64,000 bases of DNA from Gemmatimonadales bacterium (GTDB lineage: Bacteria; Gemmatimonadota; Gemmatimonadetes; Gemmatimonadales; GWC2-71-9): contig JBBCJC010000005.1 in the NCBI GenBank assembly GCA_037189525.1, positions 832,001-896,000 on the forward strand, written 5' to 3'. A program made the translations under genes and the position numbers. The notes under the pieces were generated by a model. The model was not told where the DNA came from. It saw only the letters and a list, made by a program, of their open reading frames with translations, and ran no database searches. Below are positions 20,918-30,436 of this stretch, in pieces; position 1 is the first letter of the stretch, and every line of letters starts with the position of its first letter.

Positions 20918-22318
20918 TCAGACCGGCGCCAACCCCTCGATCGAATTCACCACGCGCTCCCAGACCCGCCGGACGATCGCTTCGTCCGTCGAGAGGTGAC
21001 CCAACGCCAGCCGAAGGGTGTACTGCCCGTCCAGCACGGTGTGGGTCAGGAAGAGGTCGCCCTCCGCGTTGACCCGTTCGAGCAGCAGCCGGTTGGCATC
21101 GTTGAGCTGCTCCTGCGTCAGGGTGCGCCCACTCGGCCGCCACCGGAAACAGACCAGCCCGACCGGCGCCGGCGCGGCGAGTTCGAGCGCCGGGTGCGCA
21201 TCGACCCATTCGGCAAAGAGCAACCCCAGCCGCACGTGCTCCCGAATCATCGCGCGCAGCCCCTCGACCCCGTAGCTCCGAATCACGAACCACAGCTTGA
21301 GCGCGCGAAAACGGCGGCCGAGCGGAATGCCCCAGTCGCGATAGTTGACCACCTCGGCGTCATGCTTGGTCTTGAGGTATTCGGGTGAGGTGCCCATCGA
21401 CCGCACCAGCGCCTCGGGATCGCGGACGAAGTACGCCGAGAAGTCGTGATTGACCAGCAACCACTTGTGCGGATTGACGACCAGACTGTCGGCGTGCTCC
21501 ACTCCGTCCAGCACCCAGCGGAACTCCGGCACCACCGCGGCCGATCCGGCAAATGCCGCATCGACATGGAGCCAGGCGCCTTCGCGCTCTGCAATCGGCG
21601 CGATGTCGGGGATCGAATCGAAGCCCGTCGTCGACGTGGTACCGCGGGTGGCGATGATGACCGACGGCACCAACCCCGCCGCGCGATCGTCCCGGATAGC
21701 CGCCTCCAGCGCGTCGATCCGCATCGCAAAGTTTCGATCGACGGGAATGGCGCGGATCAGCTCCGGGCGATAACCCGCCAGCCGCGCACCCTTGGCCACC
21801 GACGAGTGCGCTTCACGCGAGGTATAGACGGTGGCCCGGTCGAGATCCTCGCGGCGCCGGTCGCGGGCGGTGATCAGCGCCACCAGCGTCGAACTCGAGG
21901 CATAGTCCTGGATCACGCCGGTAAAGCTGTCGGGCAGGCCCAGCATCTGCCGCAACCAGTCCATCACGACCTGTTCGACCTCCGTCCCGGCCGGCGAGGT
22001 CTGCCAGGACATGCACTGCGCACCTATCGCAGCCATCATCATCTCCGCCAGAATCGACGGCGGACTGTGATTGGACGGGAAGTAGCCGAAGAATCCGGGA
22101 TGCCCCCAATGCGTCATGCCCGGCAGCACGACCCGATCGACATCCTCGCGGATTTGCGCAAAAGGCTCCGGAGCTTCCGGCGGAGCCGACGGCAACGCCT
22201 GCCGCACGTCGCCCGGTTCGACCAGCGGTACGATGCGCCGATCGCCGACCGTCGCGAGATAGTCCGTCATCCAATCCGCGAGGCGATGCGCCTCGAGCCG
22301 GAATTGTTCCAGATCCAT
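20918..22318 (-). CDS. PLP-dependent aromatic-L-amino-acid decarboxylase family protein
   Basis: THWGHPGFFGYFP, HSSVAK, GTTSTT, WLHVDAA, NPHKW, LGRRFRALKLW. Confidence 0.92.
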   Translation of the reverse strand: MDLEQFRLEAHRLADWMTDYLATVGDRRIVPLVEPGDVRQALPSAPPEAPEPFAQIREDVDRVVLPGMTHWGHPGFFGYFPSNHSPPSILAEMMMAAIGAQCMSWQTSPAGTEVEQVVMDWLRQMLGLPDSFTGVIQDYASSSTLVALITARDRRREDLDRATVYTSREAHSSVAKGARLAGYRPELIRAIPVDRNFAMRIDALEAAIRDDRAAGLVPSVIIATRGTTSTTGFDSIPDIAPIAEREGAWLHVDAAFAGSAAVVPEFRWVLDGVEHADSLVVNPHKWLLVNHDFSAYFVRDPEALVRSMGTSPEYLKTKHDAEVVNYRDWGIPLGRRFRALKLWFVIRSYGVEGLRAMIREHVRLGLLFAEWVDAHPALELAAPAPVGLVCFRWRPSGRTLTQEQLNDANRLLLERVNAEGDLFLTHTVLDGQYTLRLALGHLSTDEAIVRRVWERVVNSIEGLAPV

Positions 22319-22432
22319 TGCTCTACCTTGACGTGATTCGTCCGGGCGTGTCCGCGCCCGGACCGGGGTAGTCCGACGGGACGGAGTTGCGGCGCCCCCG
22401 CGGGTTCCAGTGGAACCTGCGGCGGCCTCAAT

Positions 22433-22867
22433 CTATTCGGTCGATCGCAGTGCGGTATGTTTGAGGACTCGTGCAAGCCGCCGCTCGATGGCAGGCAACT
22501 CGAACGGCTTGCGGAGATAGTCGACCACGCCGAGTTCGATCATGCGCAAAACGGTCTCACGCTCCACCGTTGCCGTGACCGCCATGACCGGCAGCTTCGC
22601 GAATACCGGATCCTCCCGGAGGGCGGAGAGGACCTGGATCCCATCGGCGGAAGGCATCGAGATGTCGAGCAGCAGGAGGTCGGGCACTTCCTGCTGGCAG
22701 GCTTCAAGGACCTCGGTTCCGTCGGCCGCCTCACGGACCACGGCATGGAAGTGCCGCTCCACCACACGGCGGACCAGCAACCGCGCCGCCGGATCGTCGT
22801 CGGCAATCAGCACCCGCGGCCCCGCCTGGGCCGCTCCAGATTTGACCGGTTGAACGGACAATGACAC
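22433..22867 (-). CDS. Single-domain response regulator
   Basis: VLIADDD, LLLLDISMP, YLRKPF; GGAGGAG 6 nt before GTG. Confidence 0.88.
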   Translation of the reverse strand: MSLSVQPVKSGAAQAGPRVLIADDDPAARLLVRRVVERHFHAVVREAADGTEVLEACQQEVPDLLLLDISMPSADGIQVLSALREDPVFAKLPVMAVTATVERETVLRMIELGVVDYLRKPFELPAIERRLARVLKHTALRSTE

Positions 22868-23538
22868 CCTCGACTCCTCCCGTCCTTGCTCGATTGTGGC
22901 GCGACGACCCGGGCCCGCTCGTCGACCGCACCATCGCGCTCCGCGAACTGAGCCACCGCGACCCGGCACTCGGCCATGTGATCGAGCGGGTGGGGTCACT
23001 CGCCCTCGAGCCGCCGACCATCAAGGCGCCGCATCATTATCTGCAACGCGCCATCGTTTATCAGCAGCTATCGGGCCGCGCGGCGGAAACGATCTACGGC
23101 CGCTTCACCGGCCTGTTCCCGGGCAGCCGTCTGCCATCGGCCGAGCGTGTCCTGGCCACCCCGGAACCGGTGCTCCGATCGGCCGGACTCTCCTCGGCCA
23201 AGGCCCGCGCCATCATCGACCTGGCCAGGCACACCGCGGCGGGTACCGTTCCGAGCCGGCGCGGCTTGAGCAGCCTCGATCCCGATACGATCATCGAACG
23301 GCTGACTCAGGTCCGGGGCGTCGGCCGCTGGACCGTCGAAATGCTGTTGATCTTTTATCTGGGTCACCCGGACATCCTGCCCACCAGCGACCTCGGAATT
23401 CGGAAGGGATTCAGCCGGACCTTCGGCGTCAAACGCCTGGCCAGCGAGCGGACCGTCGCGCGCCGAGCCGAGCGCTGGCGGCCCTGGCGGTCGATCGCTT
23501 GCTGGTATCTATGGCGATCACTCGAAGTGGAGTTGTAG
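22861..23538 (+). CDS. DNA-3-methyladenine glycosylase II (AlkA family); start uncertain
   Basis: AIVYQQLS, HhH motif RGVGRWT, DLGIR, WRPWRS. Confidence 0.9.
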   Translation: MTPSTPPVLARLWRDDPGPLVDRTIALRELSHRDPALGHVIERVGSLALEPPTIKAPHHYLQRAIVYQQLSGRAAETIYGRFTGLFPGSRLPSAERVLATPEPVLRSAGLSSAKARAIIDLARHTAAGTVPSRRGLSSLDPDTIIERLTQVRGVGRWTVEMLLIFYLGHPDILPTSDLGIRKGFSRTFGVKRLASERTVARRAERWRPWRSIACWYLWRSLEVEL

Positions 23539-23672
23539 ACGACAAGCCCCGCACTTGAATGGGCCGAGACGTCCCGGATGGCTGGAGCAAGACAAGTATC
23601 GACGCGATCGCCGTCGGGGCCCGCGCCTGGATAAACGCAGAGTCTCCCGAAAATCGAGCAAGAATTCCGTCG

Positions 23673-24269
23673 TCAGCGGCCGCGCGCCAGGATGACCGAA
23701 GCGTCCTCCGGCAAACGTCCCAGGCCACCCGCGATCCGCTCCACCAGGGTTTCGAGCGTCCCGTTCCGGTGACGCCACAAGGCCGCCAACTCCCAGGCAT
23801 CCACCACCCCGTCGGTGGCGAGCGCCAGCGTCCCACCCTGGCCCCAGGCATAGGTGCTCACCGCCGGGACCTTCGCGAGGCCGAGCCCGACCGTTCCGGG
23901 TTCACTGGTCAGGACGACCGGCACGTCACCCGCCAGAAAGCCGTAGACGCTGCCGATGCCCGCAAACTGGAGCTCGCCCCGATCCGGGTCGATCCGGACC
24001 ACCCCGAGCGAAACCCCCGCGCTTCCGCCCAGCGCCCGGTGCGCTGGCTCGAAAACCGAGGCCGGGTAGCCGTCGACCTGCCGCCGGACTACGCCTTCGA
24101 CCACCCGCACGGCAGCTTCCGCCTCGGCGGTACGTCCGGTGGCGTCAATCAAGGCAATGATGATGTCATCGCCCCGATCGATCACCACCGCCGCGTCCCC
24201 CGACTGCGCCATGCCGGCAAGGGGGATGCAGCGGGACAGACTCTCGACCCTCGTCAAAGCAGATATCAT
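23673..24269 (-). CDS. SpoIIE/RsbX-like PP2C-fold protein with degenerate motifs
   Basis: SGDA, ALIDATG, FAGIG, LATDGV, EDASV. Confidence 0.7.
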   Translation of the reverse strand: MISALTRVESLSRCIPLAGMAQSGDAAVVIDRGDDIIIALIDATGRTAEAEAAVRVVEGVVRRQVDGYPASVFEPAHRALGGSAGVSLGVVRIDPDRGELQFAGIGSVYGFLAGDVPVVLTSEPGTVGLGLAKVPAVSTYAWGQGGTLALATDGVVDAWELAALWRHRNGTLETLVERIAGGLGRLPEDASVILARGR

Positions 24270-24380
24270 GGCTCAACTATCGGCCAGACCTGACGATAGC
24301 TCAAATCATGGGGTGCGTGACTCCCCGATCGACACTATGTTTCACGACTTGTTCAACAGGGAAGGACGCCGGACATCCCG

Positions 24381-24749
24381 ATGCGGATCCTACTTGTCGA
24401 TGACGATGATATGAGCCGCAAGACGGTTCATCAGATGCTCACCCGGGCCGGTCACGAGGTTATCAGTACTGGCAGCGGCTCCGAAGGCCTGGCCCTCTTC
24501 AGGGAGAACAGCGTCGATCTGATCGTGACAGATCTGATCATGCCGGACACGGATGGCCTGGAATTGATCCAGGAACTCAGAAAACTTGACCCAAAGGTCC
24601 GAATATTGGCCATTTCCGGTGGTGGCCGTGTCAACGCCACGGAGTATCTCACCGTCGCCCGGAAGTTCGGCGCGGCGGGGATTCTGGCCAAACCGTTTTC
24701 CAATCAGGAGTTCAAAGACGCGATCCACGCGCTGATGAACGCCAAGTAA
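24381..24749 (+). CDS. Single-domain response regulator
   Basis: ILLVDDD, TDLIMPDTDG, AISGGG, AKPF. Confidence 0.92.
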   Translation: MRILLVDDDDMSRKTVHQMLTRAGHEVISTGSGSEGLALFRENSVDLIVTDLIMPDTDGLELIQELRKLDPKVRILAISGGGRVNATEYLTVARKFGAAGILAKPFSNQEFKDAIHALMNAK

Positions 24750-24767
24750 ACCTCGACGTTTTCGCCA

Positions 24768-24812
24768 AAGAAATGCCCCGGTTGCATCGGCTGATGCACC
24801 GGGGCATTTCTT
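24768..24812. terminator. Bidirectional intrinsic terminator between convergent response regulator and tRNA-Asn
   Basis: 20-bp stem AAGAAATGCCCCGGT(T)GCATC / GATGCACCGGGGCATTTCTT with A-rich and T-rich ends. Confidence 0.8.
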
Positions 24813-24829
24813 GTTCAACGATTACGATA

Positions 24830-24902
24830 CTCCCGAGACAGGACTCGAACCTGTGACCCGCTGATTAACAGTCAGCTGCTCTACCAACTGAGCTACTCGG
24901 GA
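24830..24902 (-). tRNA. tRNA-Asn (GTT)
   Basis: TCCCGAGTAGCTCAGTTGGTAGAGCAGCTGACT-GTT-AATCAGCGGGTCACAGGTTCGAGTCCTGTCTCGGGAG folds as a cloverleaf; CCA not encoded. Confidence 0.96.
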
Positions 24903-25314
24903 TCACACGCTTTCGCGCGACGCATAAAGTATCCGGGCCCCTGCCCCCGAGCAACCACCCCGTTCAATCGGGCTGCGGCCCCGACCGGCCAACCCCAGAA
25001 TCCAACAGCAAGGCCCCGACCCCGGGCAAAGTGCAACTTTCTGCAGTTTCCAGGTGCCGCCAGACCTGACACCAGGCAAGAAGTTCCGACCACCTCAAAT
25101 CACCACGTGACAAGGACTTACTCTGCACCTCTCCAGGGCCCTGCCGATCCAGGGTTCGATTCGTGGACAGCGGGTGTATTTCCGGCCCGGACAAGGTGCA
25201 ACGACTCGCGCAATCCGTTTGTGTTCCCCATCACTTAAAATCATGATCTGAAACGACTTACAGAGTCGTTCCCCCCTTCATTCCTTACCCCATTCCCGTT
25301 AAATTTTCCGGGAT

Positions 25315-26403
25315 ATGAGCGACCCGTTCATCGTCGGCCACGAACCCATCCGCACCAATCTGACCCTGGCGCACCAAGCCGGGCGATTGCCGCAGATCCT
25401 CCTGATTACGGGAGAGCGCGGGGTTGGTAAGCAGACGCTGGGACGCTGGCTCGCTGCGCTGACGTTATGCGAGGCTGTCGGCGGCGCGCCGTGCGGCAGT
25501 TGTCGCGGGTGCCGCCTGGTCGCCGGCCTCAGCCATCCCGACTTCCACTGGTTCGTCCCGATTCCCCGGCCCAAGGCGTCCGACTCGGACAAACAAGTCG
25601 AGGAGGTCCGCGAAACGCTGGGCGAGGTCATGGCCGCGCGTCGTGAGAACCCCGCCTATTCGGCGCCGGACGGGTTGGCCATGCACGGAGTGGCCTCGGC
25701 CCGGCTGATCCTCAAGACCGCCGCCCTGACCACGGTCCACGGCGGCCGCCGGGTCATCCTGATCGGTGGCGCCGAGCGGCTGGTTCCGCAGGAGGCCAAC
25801 CAGGAGGCCGCTAATGCGCTGCTCAAGTTCCTGGAAGAGCCCACGCCGCAGACCATCGTGATCCTGACGACGACCGACCCGTCGCGGGTCCTGCCGACGA
25901 TCCGGTCGCGCGCGGTTCCGATCCGACTCGGCCGGCTCACCCCGGAACAGATCGAGACCGGACTGGCTCGGCTCGCTCCAAACCTTTCGGCCTCCGAGCG
26001 CCGCCAGCGGGCCGCCCAGGCCGACGGGTCGATCGGTCGCGCGCTGGAAGCCGACGGATCGCAGGCGGCCAACGCCGAGGTGGAGCAGTTGCTGGCCGCC
26101 ACCCGCGACGGCGGCAGCGCCCGCTTCGAACGCGTGCTCAAGCAGGGACCCTGGGCCGCCCGCGGCGATTTCAGCGTGCTGCTCGACGGACTGACCCAGG
26201 TGTTGAGCAACGCCGCCCGCGCGACCGCCGGGGGGCCGGCCGAGCCGGTGCCGGCCATGCTCCGCGACGTCCAGGTGCCGGACCGGTTCCTCCAGGCGCT
26301 CGACCGGGTCGACGCCGCGCGAGAATCCGCGCGCACTAACGTCAATCCGCAGCTGCTCCTCGCCACGCTCACTGCGGAGCTATCGGAAGCGTTATGGGCC
26401 TGA
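25315..26403 (+). CDS. holB: DNA polymerase III subunit delta'
   Basis: [39 protein letters not shown]. Confidence 0.92.
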   Translation: MSDPFIVGHEPIRTNLTLAHQAGRLPQILLITGERGVGKQTLGRWLAALTLCEAVGGAPCGSCRGCRLVAGLSHPDFHWFVPIPRPKASDSDKQVEEVRETLGEVMAARRENPAYSAPDGLAMHGVASARLILKTAALTTVHGGRRVILIGGAERLVPQEANQEAANALLKFLEEPTPQTIVILTTTDPSRVLPTIRSRAVPIRLGRLTPEQIETGLARLAPNLSASERRQRAAQADGSIGRALEADGSQAANAEVEQLLAATRDGGSARFERVLKQGPWAARGDFSVLLDGLTQVLSNAARATAGGPAEPVPAMLRDVQVPDRFLQALDRVDAARESARTNVNPQLLLATLTAELSEALWA

Positions 26404-26879
26404 GCCACATCGACGCCGACGGTCGCGCCAACATGGTCGACGTGTCGGCCAAAACTCCGACCGAGCGGATCGCGACGGCCGAGGGATGGGTCAGTATGTC
26501 GGCCTCGGGGTTCGAGCAGGTCCGGACCAACAGCCTGGCCAAGGGCGATGTGCTCGGCACCGCCCGGCTGGCCGGCGTCATGGGAGCTAAGCGGACCGCC
26601 GACCTGATTCCGCTTTGTCACCAACTCCCGCTGGACAAGGTCAGCGTCGAGATCGTGTTAGATGATGCCCTCCCGGGCGTCCATATAACGGCGACCGCGA
26701 AGGTCACGGCACGGACCGGGGTGGAAATGGAAGCCCTGACGGCCGTTTCGGTTGCCGCACTGACGGTATATGACATGGTAAAGGCGGTCGATCGGACCAT
26801 GGAGATCGGCCCGATCCGCCTGGTTACCAAACAAGGAGGACGCAGCGGTTCGTACCATCGCGGCGTCACTCCCGAATAG
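26394..26879 (+). CDS. moaC: Cyclic pyranopterin monophosphate synthase
   Basis: [41 protein letters not shown]. Confidence 0.96.
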   Translation: MGLSHIDADGRANMVDVSAKTPTERIATAEGWVSMSASGFEQVRTNSLAKGDVLGTARLAGVMGAKRTADLIPLCHQLPLDKVSVEIVLDDALPGVHITATAKVTARTGVEMEALTAVSVAALTVYDMVKAVDRTMEIGPIRLVTKQGGRSGSYHRGVTPE

Positions 26880-26894
26880 AGGAAGGAGGCACCA

Positions 26895-27578
26895 ATGCAG
26901 CGGATACGACGGACGGCAGCCCTGATCCTGCAGCGCGGCACCTTGCTGCTGGCGAGCGGGTTGCTCCTCGGCGTCGGCATGAGCGTCTCAGACCGGTTGA
27001 TGGCGGCGCGGGACGTTCCGCCGGCCTCGTCCGACGATGTCGATCACGAGCTGACCCGGCTCGGCTCGCTGGTCGACGAACTGCAGGGCAAACTGTCCGT
27101 CACCGATCTCAAGCTGGATCGGCTGACCCGCGTGGCGCAGTACTCGACGGCGTACCGCATTCCTGCGAACCTGGCGGGACAGATTTACGATGCCGCCGTG
27201 GCCGAAGGGCTGCATCCCTCCCTCGGATTCCAGCTGGTCAAAGTCGAGAGCGGCTTCCGGAGCGGCGCCCAGTCGTCCAAGCAGGCCCTCGGATTGACCC
27301 AGGTCCGCTTGGCCACTGCGCAGGAAGTGGACCCGTCGGTGACCCGCCGGGATCTGCTGGTTCCGGAGACGAACCTGCGAATCGGCTTCCGGGTGCTGCG
27401 CCGGTTCCTGGCGCAGTATGATCACGATCTGGAAATGGCGCTGCGGGCCTACAACCTGGGACCGACGGGCGCGATGATGTCGTTCGAGGATACTACGTCC
27501 AACGCCCGCGTGGCCGTCTACGCGGAAAAGGTCATGCGCGGCGTGCGGGGCACTCCCGTCACGCCGCGCCGGCCCTGA
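26895..27578 (+). CDS. SLT-domain lytic transglycosylase
   Basis: VESGF, ALGLTQV, NLRIG, ALRAYNLG. Confidence 0.87.
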   Translation: MQRIRRTAALILQRGTLLLASGLLLGVGMSVSDRLMAARDVPPASSDDVDHELTRLGSLVDELQGKLSVTDLKLDRLTRVAQYSTAYRIPANLAGQIYDAAVAEGLHPSLGFQLVKVESGFRSGAQSSKQALGLTQVRLATAQEVDPSVTRRDLLVPETNLRIGFRVLRRFLAQYDHDLEMALRAYNLGPTGAMMSFEDTTSNARVAVYAEKVMRGVRGTPVTPRRP

Positions 27579-29267
27579 TCAGTTCGGAATCGAGAGGCGC
27601 TGTCCCGCCTTGAGCGCCGAGGCCGAGGAAAGCTTGTTGGCCGCCATCAGCTGCTGAACCGACACCCCGTACCGCCGTGAGATGGCGGACAGGGTGTCAC
27701 CGCGCCGAACCAGATGACTGGTCGGCGCTTTCCGCTGCGACGCCTGCGCCGTGGTCGTTCCACGACCCGAGTCCGACCCGCTGACCCGAATCCGCTGCCC
27801 GACCCGGAGCACACTGCTCGACTTGAGACCATTGAGCCGCTGCACCTGGGTGAGCGACATCCCGTACCGCCGAGCGATCCCGCCCAGCGTTTCACCGCGG
27901 CGAACCACATGCACCCCGGCGCTGGCCGATTCGGTGCTCCGCAGCCGGGCGATGCCTGGAATCCTGAGGACCGTACCCCTCTTGAGCGTCCCTGTCCCCG
28001 CTTCGGGGTTGTAGCGGGCCACCTCGGCCGCCGTCATCCCGTAGCGGCGCCCCACGGTCCGGAGCGTTTCATTGGCTCGAACCGTGTGCGCGATGGTGGG
28101 CAACCGCTCGGCGCTCGGAAGCGCAGCAAGCGCATCGGCCGCCGCGGCACCGGTGCCGACCGGCACGCGAACCCACCAGGTGGCCGATCCCGGCGGTGTC
28201 ACGGCACGCAGGAAGTGCGGATTGAGTCCGGTAATGACGCTCGCATCGGCTCCGCTGACCTTGGCCACCGCTTCGAGGCTGGTGGGCTCGTTGACGGCCA
28301 CCGAGTCGTAGGCATACGCCTCGACCTTCGGAATCGGCGCGAAGCCGTACTTCTCCGGTTGCTTCGCAATCATGGCCGCCGCGATCAGCTTCGGCACATA
28401 ATCTTTGGTTTCCTGATGCAGGTACTGCGACTCCGACAGGTGGAAGAACCGGTCGTCGCCCGTGGTATCGGCCGCGAGCACGCCTTCGAAGTCCGCCGGG
28501 TTGAAGTAGTCGGCATCGGCGCCCGCGCCCAGCATCCGCAGCCCGCGGGAGACCCGGCCGCCGCCGCCGTTATAGGCCGCGGCCGCCAGATAGTGCGAGC
28601 CCGAGAACCGGCGGGTCAGGTCAGCAAGGTACCGCGTGGCCGACAGGGTGGCCTTCACCGGATCGCGCCGCTCGTCGATCCATCCGTCGACCCGAAGCCC
28701 GTAGTCCTTGGCGGTGGGCCGCATGAACTGCCACATGCCCACCGCGCGCGACCGGCTGACCGCCGTGTTCGAATAGCCCGACTCGATCAGCGCGAGATAG
28801 GTCAGATCGCGCGGCAACGAATGCGCAGCCAGCGCGGTGTGGATCATCGGCTCGTAGACCGGCAGGCGTTCGAGCCAGATGGCCATCCGCTCGCGGGCGC
28901 GGGTCTGGAAGAAATCGAGATAGAACTGCACCCGGGGATGTTCGGCATACCGGGCGACATTGATGTCGAAGAGAGCGCTCAGGCTGACTTCAGTCTCATT
29001 TTCGGCAGCGGACACGTCGTGCAGCTCATCGAGCATCGCCATGTCCTTCTCGTCCTGCACCGAGTCGGCGGCGAGCCTGCGCAGCAGACCGGAGTCTGCC
29101 AACGCGCCCTTGACCCCGAGATCGGGGGCAGGAGCAAGTCCGGGAGCCTGGTCGGCCGGGGCCGCCTCGGGAGACGGACGCAGCACGGGGTTCCCACCAC
29201 CGGGAGCGACGGACGCACATCCGACCACTCCACCAACCAAGCACGTTACAGCGAACAAGCGCTTCAT
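27579..29267 (-). CDS. MltD-like lytic transglycosylase lipoprotein with LysM repeats
   Basis: Lipobox VVGC, LIESG, AVGMWQF, DERRDP, AAYNGG, ETKDYVPK, three C-terminal LysM repeats. Confidence 0.92.
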   Translation of the reverse strand: MKRLFAVTCLVGGVVGCASVAPGGGNPVLRPSPEAAPADQAPGLAPAPDLGVKGALADSGLLRRLAADSVQDEKDMAMLDELHDVSAAENETEVSLSALFDINVARYAEHPRVQFYLDFFQTRARERMAIWLERLPVYEPMIHTALAAHSLPRDLTYLALIESGYSNTAVSRSRAVGMWQFMRPTAKDYGLRVDGWIDERRDPVKATLSATRYLADLTRRFSGSHYLAAAAYNGGGGRVSRGLRMLGAGADADYFNPADFEGVLAADTTGDDRFFHLSESQYLHQETKDYVPKLIAAAMIAKQPEKYGFAPIPKVEAYAYDSVAVNEPTSLEAVAKVSGADASVITGLNPHFLRAVTPPGSATWWVRVPVGTGAAAADALAALPSAERLPTIAHTVRANETLRTVGRRYGMTAAEVARYNPEAGTGTLKRGTVLRIPGIARLRSTESASAGVHVVRRGETLGGIARRYGMSLTQVQRLNGLKSSSVLRVGQRIRVSGSDSGRGTTTAQASQRKAPTSHLVRRGDTLSAISRRYGVSVQQLMAANKLSSASALKAGQRLSIPN

Positions 29268-29410
29268 ATCACCTCGCCCCACGGTGACTGGAAATCGACC
29301 GTTGATTCAGAGTCCAGGTTGCAAGTTAACCGATCGATCGGACCCGGGCGATCCGATCAAAGGTTCGATGCCCGAACGGGGCAAACCGTTGCACTGTATG
29401 AAATTGGCGC

Positions 29411-29818
29411 TCAATGCCTCACCTCGCTCGAGGAGCCGATCAAGCGATTCGTCGCATTGAGTACGGCAAGGGCCGCGCCGCGCGGAGAATCCTCCTGGAC
29501 CAGGGCCGATCCGACGACCCGCGGACCGTCCATCCGCCCCTGCGTGGCAAGCGACGCGATCACTACCGTGGCGTCGAACGCCCGGACTGCTTTGACCCCG
29601 ACCAGTTCGAACACGGTCTCGGGAAGGGCCCGGGCAATCGCCGCCAGACACGCCTGGGCGGCGCAGCGCATTTCCCCCGCGGGCGACGACAGGCCGGCGG
29701 CTTCTCCGACGAACGGGGTCGTGGTCGGCCACGACAACACGACGCGGGCGCGGCACAAGCCCGTGGCATCCCGGTCGAGGACGAACTCCGAAAACTTGAG
29801 GCGGCCCCGGCTCTCCAC
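29411..29818 (-). CDS. Hypothetical protein resembling a stand-alone LeuA allosteric/dimerisation domain
   Basis: Duplicated beta-beta-beta-alpha pattern (RARVVL..VGEAAG..AAQACLAA; VVIASL..VGSA..ALAVLNATNR); GTG start inferred. Confidence 0.6.
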   Translation of the reverse strand: MESRGRLKFSEFVLDRDATGLCRARVVLSWPTTTPFVGEAAGLSSPAGEMRCAAQACLAAIARALPETVFELVGVKAVRAFDATVVIASLATQGRMDGPRVVGSALVQEDSPRGAALAVLNATNRLIGSSSEVRH

Positions 29819-29819
29819 C

Positions 29820-30077
29820 TCAGGGCGCCCCGGCGTCGAGGTTGACCTCGAGCTGCGGTCCGAGTTCATCGAGCGGCACGGCCACGTCGACGGAAAGGTG
29901 CGGGCGCCCCGTATCATCGAGCTCGATGGCAACCACCAGAATGCGACCGTCCTCCAACTCGACTTTGAGCTGGCGCAGGTCGGACCGCATCACGCAGTCA
30001 CCGATGGTTTCGCCTTTGAGCCCCTGGAGCGTCCCGGCAACCCGGCGGAGATCCTGGAGCGGAATCTGCTGCAACAT
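29820..30077 (-). CDS. Small hypothetical protein
   Basis: 85-aa ORF packed tightly in an operon-like arrangement; MRSDLRQLKVEL. Confidence 0.7.
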   Translation of the reverse strand: MLQQIPLQDLRRVAGTLQGLKGETIGDCVMRSDLRQLKVELEDGRILVVAIELDDTGRPHLSVDVAVPLDELGPQLEVNLDAGAP

Positions 30078-30086
30078 GGTATTCGC

Positions 30087-30332
30087 TTATCGCCGCGCCA
30101 GATACTCAGAGAGGACTTCCTGCAGCTCCCGATTTGAGAGCTTCTCAGCCTGAGCGTAGATGGTGGCTTTGGAGGTCGACTCCAACGGAACCGGCGCCCA
30201 GAACCGCTTCGGAAAAGGACCCGAGGACCGGAACGAGAGCACCAGGCCCCATTGCTCCGAGTTGGCCCGTCGTTCCGCAGCCATCGAAATGTTCCAGGTT
30301 TCGTCGCCAAACTCGAGCACGCGCCAGGGCAC
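30087..30332 (-). CDS. Small hypothetical protein
   Basis: 81-aa ORF with GGAGG upstream, protein-like composition, co-oriented with neighbours. Confidence 0.75.
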   Translation of the reverse strand: MPWRVLEFGDETWNISMAAERRANSEQWGLVLSFRSSGPFPKRFWAPVPLESTSKATIYAQAEKLSNRELQEVLSEYLARR

Positions 30333-30436
30333 GGGACGACCTCCAAGAATAACCCGTGAATAATGAAGCCGGTTCGGTCGAGCGGCAATCCCGCGGTCCG
30401 CTCGGGCTCGGGGCCAGAGCGGACCGGAGAGCGGCG

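Noticed and set aside
22341..22422. Two GC hairpins between the response regulator and the decarboxylase as a riboswitch
   Set aside because: No recognisable aptamer consensus; could be terminator or REP-like stems
24903..25314. Possible oriC beside holB
   Set aside because: No cluster of good DnaA boxes seen and no dnaA/dnaN nearby
27714..30137. 807-aa plus-strand ORF, and similar long ORFs (61431-63626, 31916-33883, 38022-39683, most of 53038-54987)
   Set aside because: Antisense shadows of well-supported genes, expected in high-GC DNA; R/G/A/P-rich with no motifs
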